In this document: one piece after another, positions 57,426 through 63,133 of the stretch | Numbering within the stretch: the first letter of the stretch is position 1 | Layout: each line of letters starts with the position of its first letter | Assembly: GCA_938038205.1 (NCBI GenBank) | Contig: CALHSA010000002.1 | Coordinates: 1-63,133 of the forward strand | Direction of reading: 5' to 3' | Origin: an uncultured bacterium | GTDB taxonomy: Bacteria > Bdellovibrionota_C > UBA2361 > JANWWW01 | Length of the DNA stretch: 63,133 bases | Program-made: the position numbers and the translations under genes | The notes under the pieces: model-generated | Database searches by the model: none | What the model was told of the DNA's origin: nothing | The model's input: only the letters and a program-made list of their open reading frames with translations

Positions 57426-60338
57426 TTAAATCTCCTCCAATTTTTCAACTTTCACGTACGGTAAAAAATCTCCAAGGTAATTCTGTATTATCCCCTCCGC
57501 AACTAAATATTCTCCATTTAAAATAACTTTAGAGTATTTTGCAAAACAGCTTGGAGGAATAACCAAATTAATAAAACCAAAATCGTCCTCTAAACAAATA
57601 AATGCAAAACCCTTTGCAGTTACCGGCTTCTGTTTAATTGACGCAAGGCCAGCAACACAAACTTTACTACCAACTTTCGGTTTAACTTTCATTAAACTTG
57701 AGTAACTTAATGCTTTAACTCCACTTTTTTCTAAGTACAAAGATATGTAATTACCATCACTCGAGAACTCTCTTATAATGCTATCATAAAAATATCTATC
57801 CATCTTGGAGAAAGATAAATGGTCCTTCTCATACAATCCTGTAAGCGCTTGAAAAATTAATGCCCTTCTATTAGTACAGAGCGAATCAAAACAACCCCCT
57901 TTAATTAAATTTATAGTAGTTTGAATATCTGATTCAGAGCGATCAATAAAATCCTTAAAATTCTCATACTTTTTATACTTTCGATTCTCAATAATTTTTT
58001 CGAGACTATTGTATTTAACGTTTTTTATTAAATTAAACCCAAGAATTATGGCCCCATCTTTAACTATTGTATCTATATAAGACAGGTTAATATCCTGGCT
58101 TATTACTTTTACACCATTTTTTCTAGCATCAGTTATTAATTGACGAGGATTATAGAATCCCATTGGTTGACTGTTTAGTAATCCTGCATAAAAGTAAGGA
58201 GCAAAATACGTTTTTAAGAAAGCAGAAAAGTAAACCAATTTTGCAAAAGCAGCAGCGTGACTCTCAGGAAAACCATATAAACTGAATCCTTTTATGTGAT
58301 TCATGCATTTTTCTGCGAAATCTAAAGAATAACCTGCCTCTATGAGGCGTTTTTTAATCAAGCCTGTATAATATTCAAAGGATCTTGAATCAGGTTTATA
58401 ATTCTTTAAAGCTCGTCTAAAATCCTCTAATTCATAATCATTAAGCTTAGCTAGATCCTTAGCTAGCCGTAAAGCCTGCTCTTGAAATAAAGGGACTCCG
58501 AGAGTTTTACCCAAGATTTTTTTTACAGTTTCATCTGGGAAATTAACTTCTTCTATCCCCATTCTTCGTCTCAAATAAGGATGAACCATATCTCCATGAA
58601 TCGGGCCTGGTCTCACTATTGCCACTTCAATCACTAAATCATAGAAATTGTTTGGTTTAAGCTTAGTTACCATAGCTTGTTGTGCTCTACTCTCTACCTG
58701 AAAAATACCAATAGTGTTACCTGAGGAGATTAAGTTATAAACCTTCGTATCATCCGCTTTTAGGCTTGATGGAGAGAGGTTAAGGCCACTCTCCTTAAGT
58801 AAATTTAAGGTTTGTTTTATTGCCGTAAGCATTCCAAGACCTAAAATATCAACCTTAACAAATTTAAGTGAGTCAATTTCGTAATTAGTAAGGTAAATCA
58901 TCCTTCTAGTTCCATCCTTACTTAAATAGGTCGGTGCAATATCACTGATATCATTTTCATGAAACATAACACCTCCGACATGCTGAGAAAAGTGTCGAGG
59001 TATTGATAAAAATCTTTGACTTAATTTTAGCCATAAATTACAAATGTTTTTATCTAAACCAGAGAAATCCTTTAAGGCATCAACGCTAGAGATATTATTT
59101 ATCCACTCATGGGTTAGTTTAGTAATCTTATTAATGATAGAAAGAGGAATTCCTAAGGCTCTACCAACATCCCGAAACGCACTCCTTGGTTGGTATGTTA
59201 TTAGTGATGATATTAAAGCTGAGTGACTTTTATAATTCGAGAAAACGTAATCAAAAATACACTGTCTCTTTTCATTCTCAAAATCAATATCTATATCGGG
59301 AGGCTCATTTCTAGCGGTATTAACAAATCTTTCAAAAAGAAAATCAAATTCATCTGGATGAACGGGTGTAATATCTAATAAATAGCAAATAATTGAGTTT
59401 GCTGCTGCACCCCTACCCTGGTACAAAATTCCTTGTTTTTTAGCAAAATTAACTATTTCGTAGCAAATTAAAAAAAAACGCTCATAGCCAAGAGTGGTTA
59501 CAATTTTAAGTTCTTTTTCTAAAAGCCGTATATATTTTGTTTTATTTAGTGATTTCTCTGATAATTTTGATTCACATATAGCTCTTAAATCTGTCGAGTG
59601 GTAAACCTTACTCTCCGGAAATTTTTGATTGATTTTTTTAAACAGTTTTTTGGGTAACAATTCTCCTAAATTATTTGTCTCTTCTATCATTCTTTTTGAG
59701 AAAAAATTCGAGTAATTTTTTGGTTTAACAAAATCTCCAAAATTTTGATTTCTTTCTAAAAAACTTAAATCACTCAACCTCTTTTTTAGCCTAGTAGCAG
59801 CTAAACAATCTGCTACCATCCTAGATTCATCATCCACAAAAGCCGGATCAAGAGTACATATAACTCCCAAATCATACCTTAATGAAATGGATTCAATAAG
59901 ATCGAGGTTCCCATAAAAGGGAAAATAAGCGATTTTTACCAGACAAAAATGTTGAATTATATATTCTAGAAGTTCCTCAGGCGGAGCTTCTCTAATTTTT
60001 AAAACCGCAACAGCATCTAAGCTATCTGGGATATTGAAAATACTAACGTTGTTTGATAGGTAACTGCAAACTCTTTGATATGCCCCTAAGTTCAACGGAA
60101 AAACAACTAGATCAAGCGTATTTTTATACGAGAATCGTAGAGATAAAAATACCTCTAAACCAAGTTTCTCTGCATAAATGCATCCTCTTAAACTACCTAA
60201 GAAAGAATTATAGTCATTAATTCCTAGACCGCGAAAACCATACCTAGAAGCAAGCTCAACAATTTCTTCGGGTGATTCAACCCCAAGTAGCAACGATAAA
60301 TTTGATATACTCAATAACTCAAAATTTATTGATTCCAA
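57426..60338 (-). CDS. dnaE2: Error-prone DNA polymerase III alpha-like DnaE2 (ImuC)
   Basis: QGRG.AANS, EPPDIDIDF, PRH.SQHVGG, FQVESRAQ, YGFPESHAAAFA, LLNSQPMGFY (DnaE2-type signatures); TTG start. Confidence 0.88.
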   Translation of the reverse strand: MESINFELLSISNLSLLLGVESPEEIVELASRYGFRGLGINDYNSFLGSLRGCIYAEKLGLEVFLSLRFSYKNTLDLVVFPLNLGAYQRVCSYLSNNVSIFNIPDSLDAVAVLKIREAPPEELLEYIIQHFCLVKIAYFPFYGNLDLIESISLRYDLGVICTLDPAFVDDESRMVADCLAATRLKKRLSDLSFLERNQNFGDFVKPKNYSNFFSKRMIEETNNLGELLPKKLFKKINQKFPESKVYHSTDLRAICESKLSEKSLNKTKYIRLLEKELKIVTTLGYERFFLICYEIVNFAKKQGILYQGRGAAANSIICYLLDITPVHPDEFDFLFERFVNTARNEPPDIDIDFENEKRQCIFDYVFSNYKSHSALISSLITYQPRSAFRDVGRALGIPLSIINKITKLTHEWINNISSVDALKDFSGLDKNICNLWLKLSQRFLSIPRHFSQHVGGVMFHENDISDIAPTYLSKDGTRRMIYLTNYEIDSLKFVKVDILGLGMLTAIKQTLNLLKESGLNLSPSSLKADDTKVYNLISSGNTIGIFQVESRAQQAMVTKLKPNNFYDLVIEVAIVRPGPIHGDMVHPYLRRRMGIEEVNFPDETVKKILGKTLGVPLFQEQALRLAKDLAKLNDYELEDFRRALKNYKPDSRSFEYYTGLIKKRLIEAGYSLDFAEKCMNHIKGFSLYGFPESHAAAFAKLVYFSAFLKTYFAPYFYAGLLNSQPMGFYNPRQLITDARKNGVKVISQDINLSYIDTIVKDGAIILGFNLIKNVKYNSLEKIIENRKYKKYENFKDFIDRSESDIQTTINLIKGGCFDSLCTNRRALIFQALTGLYEKDHLSFSKMDRYFYDSIIREFSSDGNYISLYLEKSGVKALSYSSLMKVKPKVGSKVCVAGLASIKQKPVTAKGFAFICLEDDFGFINLVIPPSCFAKYSKVILNGEYLVAEGIIQNYLGDFLPYVKVEKLEEI

Positions 60339-60377
60339 AGTCTCTTATTACAAATACAAAAAGAGTCCAAAAATTAG

Positions 60378-60770
60378 CTAGCCAAAAATATAAACGATGA
60401 TAAAAACAAACAGCAATATTAAGATGGATAATACTAACTGAGTTTTTAGGCTAAGCGTTTGAACCTTAATGGGTTTCGCTTCACGCCTTTTAAAAATTGG
60501 TTTAACATCAGTTTTCTCAAATTCCTCCAAGCGATTTTGAGCCAAACCTCCAAGGCTTACTTCAGATTTTAGCTCTGGATTAATAAATACAACTTTGTTA
60601 GAACTTAAGTTACTGTGAACCTCAAGAGCAGATCTTAAAAGGTTGTAAATGGTTTTTGAATCACACCTATTTACAATTATAGGCTCAAACGAATCTAAGT
60701 TTAGCTGCTTAAGCGCAACTCCAAGGTTATAGGATATCCTCGATGATGGGGAAATGTTAATAATAACTAT
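60378..60770 (-). CDS. Uncalled ~130-aa tail-anchored membrane protein, non-canonical (ATA/ATT) start
   Basis: Stop-free frame IVIINISPSSRISYNLG...LVLSILILLFVFIIVYIFG* fills the htpX-dnaE2 gap; absent from the ORF track because it has no early ATG/GTG/TTG. Confidence 0.6.
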   Translation of the reverse strand: MVIINISPSSRISYNLGVALKQLNLDSFEPIIVNRCDSKTIYNLLRSALEVHSNLSSNKVVFINPELKSEVSLGGLAQNRLEEFEKTDVKPIFKRREAKPIKVQTLSLKTQLVLSILILLFVFIIVYIFG

Positions 60771-61644
60771 TTCTTAGTTTATTTATCCTATCCTCAAGAC
60801 GCGGGTGTGTTGAGAATAATGTTGCAAGCAGTGATCTTCGATTAGCTCCAGATATCTTTAAAGTCTGAAGCGCAGGTTGATCGTCATAAGGTTCATAATA
60901 CTTCCTTAAATGCTCAAGTGCAGCAATCATCTTTTCTTTACCAACTGTGCGTGCTGAGTCTCTATCCGCTCTATACTCCCTAACCCTAGAGAAATAAAAC
61001 ACCACAATCGAGGCTAAAATCATGAAAAATATCTCTAGCACTAGAGCTACTACATTGTAAACTAATGCCCTTTTTCCTTCATCAACCCTGGAAGCTAAAA
61101 CCGAAGCAGCTAATCTACTTAAAACTATTACGAAAGCATTAGCAACACCCTGAAGAAGTGTCATTGTAACCATATCACCATTAGCAATATGGGCAACTTC
61201 ATGTCCAATTACACCTTCTATCTCATCCTGATTCATTGAATTGAGAAGACCTGTTGAAAATGCAACTAAGGAGTTATTTTTTGAAGGTCCTGTAGCAAAA
61301 GCATTTATTTCAGGGCTGTGATATATCCCCACCTCTGGCATTTTTCTCAAACCCTGCTTTTTTGAACATTCATAAACCTTTTGCACCAACCATGCGTAAG
61401 GACCAGGGTTACTTGGGTCTATTATTTTTACATTTAATAAACTCTTTGCAAAATATTTACTAAGTAAAAGGTTTATTATTGCTCCTGTAAAGCCCCATGC
61501 AAATGCAAAAATTAAAAGTGATGTAAACTCTCCGTAGCTTTCTACCCCAAAAATACTGCCCAAAATAGACACAACAAAACTAACACAGACAATAACCGCA
61601 AAATTAACACCTAGTAAAAGTAATAAACGCTTGATAAAATTCAT
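60757..61644 (-). CDS. htpX: Membrane zinc metalloprotease HtpX
   Basis: NAFATG, HEVAH, NGDMVTMTL, SR.REY.AD, FSTHP.LE.RI. Confidence 0.97.
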   Translation of the reverse strand: MNFIKRLLLLLGVNFAVIVCVSFVVSILGSIFGVESYGEFTSLLIFAFAWGFTGAIINLLLSKYFAKSLLNVKIIDPSNPGPYAWLVQKVYECSKKQGLRKMPEVGIYHSPEINAFATGPSKNNSLVAFSTGLLNSMNQDEIEGVIGHEVAHIANGDMVTMTLLQGVANAFVIVLSRLAASVLASRVDEGKRALVYNVVALVLEIFFMILASIVVFYFSRVREYRADRDSARTVGKEKMIAALEHLRKYYEPYDDQPALQTLKISGANRRSLLATLFSTHPRLEDRINKLRNSYY

Positions 61645-61699
61645 GCTAAAGTAAAATTATAGTAATTGGTTTTTAACATTTCAATTACAATCATCTTCG

Positions 61700-62461
61700 A
61701 TGCAGCTTAACCTCACAAGAAGAGAGTTCATCACCTCAACAGTATTCATAGGGCTTAAAAACGATAACTTTGTTGAGATAGTTAAATTGCAAAACGATGC
61801 TCTCCGTGGCTTAAAAATACTTTTTATAACAGATATTCATATTTCTTGGTACTTTATGCCCGATTGGAGTCAATATGACTTCAATCTTGGACAAGACATT
61901 ACACTGCTTGGTGGAGATTATTTTTACATTCAAGATGGGCAGCAAAAGAAAAAGAATTTGGTGGATAAACTAATTATTAATTTTGAACTGTTTCTAACAG
62001 CAATTCCTCGTCCAGCAGCAGCTGTTCTGGGAAATCATGACAGAAAACACCACTATATATCTTTTGAGGAGCTTTTTTCTAAACACAGTGTAAGCCTTTT
62101 GGTTAATAAAAACATGCACATTAAAGGTATCAATCTGTTTGGCTCAGATGATTTTTTAACAGGCTTTCCCCAACCTCCAACAAAAGAAACTGATTTAGTT
62201 GTTTCACACAGCCCAGACTATTTTGAGTATTTTCTCAAAAATTTTCCTAGAAAAATACTCACACTCTCAGGCCATACTCATGGAGGCCAGATAATCTTTA
62301 TGGGATGCCCATTTTTTTTGAATATAAAAAATCCCAAATACCTATCTGGTTTTTTTAACGAACCCTGGGGTGAGTTGTATGTTTCCCGAGGTCTTGGAAC
62401 CGTTCTATTACCCATAAGGGTTGGAGCACCTGCAGAGATAACCCTGCTAGAATTTATTTAG
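61700..62461 (+). CDS. YkuE-like calcineurin-family metallophosphoesterase
   Basis: TRREF Tat-like start; DIH, GGD, GNHD, SH.PD, SGHTHGGQ, VSRGLG. Confidence 0.9.
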   Translation: MQLNLTRREFITSTVFIGLKNDNFVEIVKLQNDALRGLKILFITDIHISWYFMPDWSQYDFNLGQDITLLGGDYFYIQDGQQKKKNLVDKLIINFELFLTAIPRPAAAVLGNHDRKHHYISFEELFSKHSVSLLVNKNMHIKGINLFGSDDFLTGFPQPPTKETDLVVSHSPDYFEYFLKNFPRKILTLSGHTHGGQIIFMGCPFFLNIKNPKYLSGFFNEPWGELYVSRGLGTVLLPIRVGAPAEITLLEFI

Positions 62462-62468
62462 CTAAATT

Positions 62469-62651
62469 TTATTCGTTTGAGCAAGTTATAGAATTCTGTT
62501 GAGTAATACACGGCTGGGCAGTGCCAAATATCCAACTGTCAAAATCAAAATGGCGTGCAGCAAACTCACCAACCCCAAAAATCAACCCGAACGATAGCAA
62601 AATAAGTAAAATCCAATAAATAAAACTCTCAATTAAAGAACCACCAATCAT
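62469..62651 (-). CDS. Small Flp/TadE-like pilin
   Basis: MIGG|SLIE prepilin-type motif plus hydrophobic helix; ATG overlaps the upstream stop (TAATG). Confidence 0.55.
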   Translation of the reverse strand: MIGGSLIESFIYWILLILLSFGLIFGVGEFAARHFDFDSWIFGTAQPCITQQNSITCSNE

Positions 62652-63133
62652 TACAACAACCAACCAAATGTGATTAACTTCTGTCTATAAAAAGCTAAGG
62701 CATATCTAAAAACTAAGCTTTCATCATCACCCGTCGAGGAAAAAATACTACTAATGCTGGTGTCTTGCATATATCTCGGGGAGTTAAATGCACATGCAAT
62801 CCTACTAGTTTGGTTATTACACAACTCACTACCAACTATAATATTCATCCAAAGCAAGGCATTAAAATAATTATCAGCATGGCTGAAATTTTGTCCTGCA
62901 TTAGGGTTTTGTTGATCTGTTCCTCCCCTACAAAAATACTGTGGACTTCTTGAGTTAATAACCTCTGGAATATCTTTGTTATCTCCCGAAGACCAAATAG
63001 AGCAAGGATCAAAAATAGTTATTGAAAATTCAGGCCCAGGAGAACCAATCCGACCTTTTAAACTGAAGTTTTCTCCTCCCAAACCCGAAATATCGCTCGT
63101 TTCTAGGTTAGAGGTTAATGAATTTAAATGATT
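62651..63133 (-). CDS. Hypothetical exported protein, 5' end beyond the window (possibly Tad-associated)
   Basis: Frame stays open to base 63133; Cys-containing, Ser/Asn-rich; coupled to the Flp-like ORF. Confidence 0.6.
   Translation of the reverse strand, partial: NHLNSLTSNLETSDISGLGGENFSLKGRIGSPGPEFSITIFDPCSIWSSGDNKDIPEVINSRSPQYFCRGGTDQQNPNAGQNFSHADNYFNALLWMNIIVGSELCNNQTSRIACAFNSPRYMQDTSISSIFSSTGDDESLVFRYALAFYRQKLITFGWLL

Overview
Core-chromosome segment of an AT-rich (roughly 30-33% GC by eye), compact, fast-evolving Gram-negative bacterium. Gene content (sigma54-driven type IVa pilin, HiPIP, M16C peptidase, Tad-like pilin, SctV/FlhA, long RpoB) suggests a Deltaproteobacteria-like or Bdellovibrionota-like lineage; this is inference only. 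It holds about 50 CDSs, mostly housekeeping (thyX, sppA, rplY, recN, nadK, lgt, rpoC, rpoB, rplL, gmk, ruvB, rfbA/B/D, manC, pepA, gyrA, gpsA, fmt, rpe, plsY, rsmE, dnaE2, htpX), and six tRNAs (Asn, Val, Thr, Arg, Leu, Asp). I found no CRISPR array, IS, integrase or prophage. The most interesting signals are: (1) secretion-system cores scattered singly among housekeeping genes, namely a TraC/VirB4 ATPase, a divergent SctV/FlhA next to a membrane pseudokinase, a GspC-like PDZ lipoprotein and a Tad/Flp-like pilin; (2) a recurring -10 box 7-9 nt before ATG with no canonically spaced Shine-Dalgarno, implying leaderless or near-leaderless mRNAs, including an rplL detached from rplJ; (3) dnaE2 without imuA/imuB in a low-GC genome, preceded by an uncalled 130-codon ORF with no canonical start; (4) a GC-rich hairpin that is both a terminator and the -35 of a MerR-regulator operon; (5) two AT-rich deserts of 1-1.5 kb carrying palindromes. 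All protein calls come from motif recognition by eye, not database searches.
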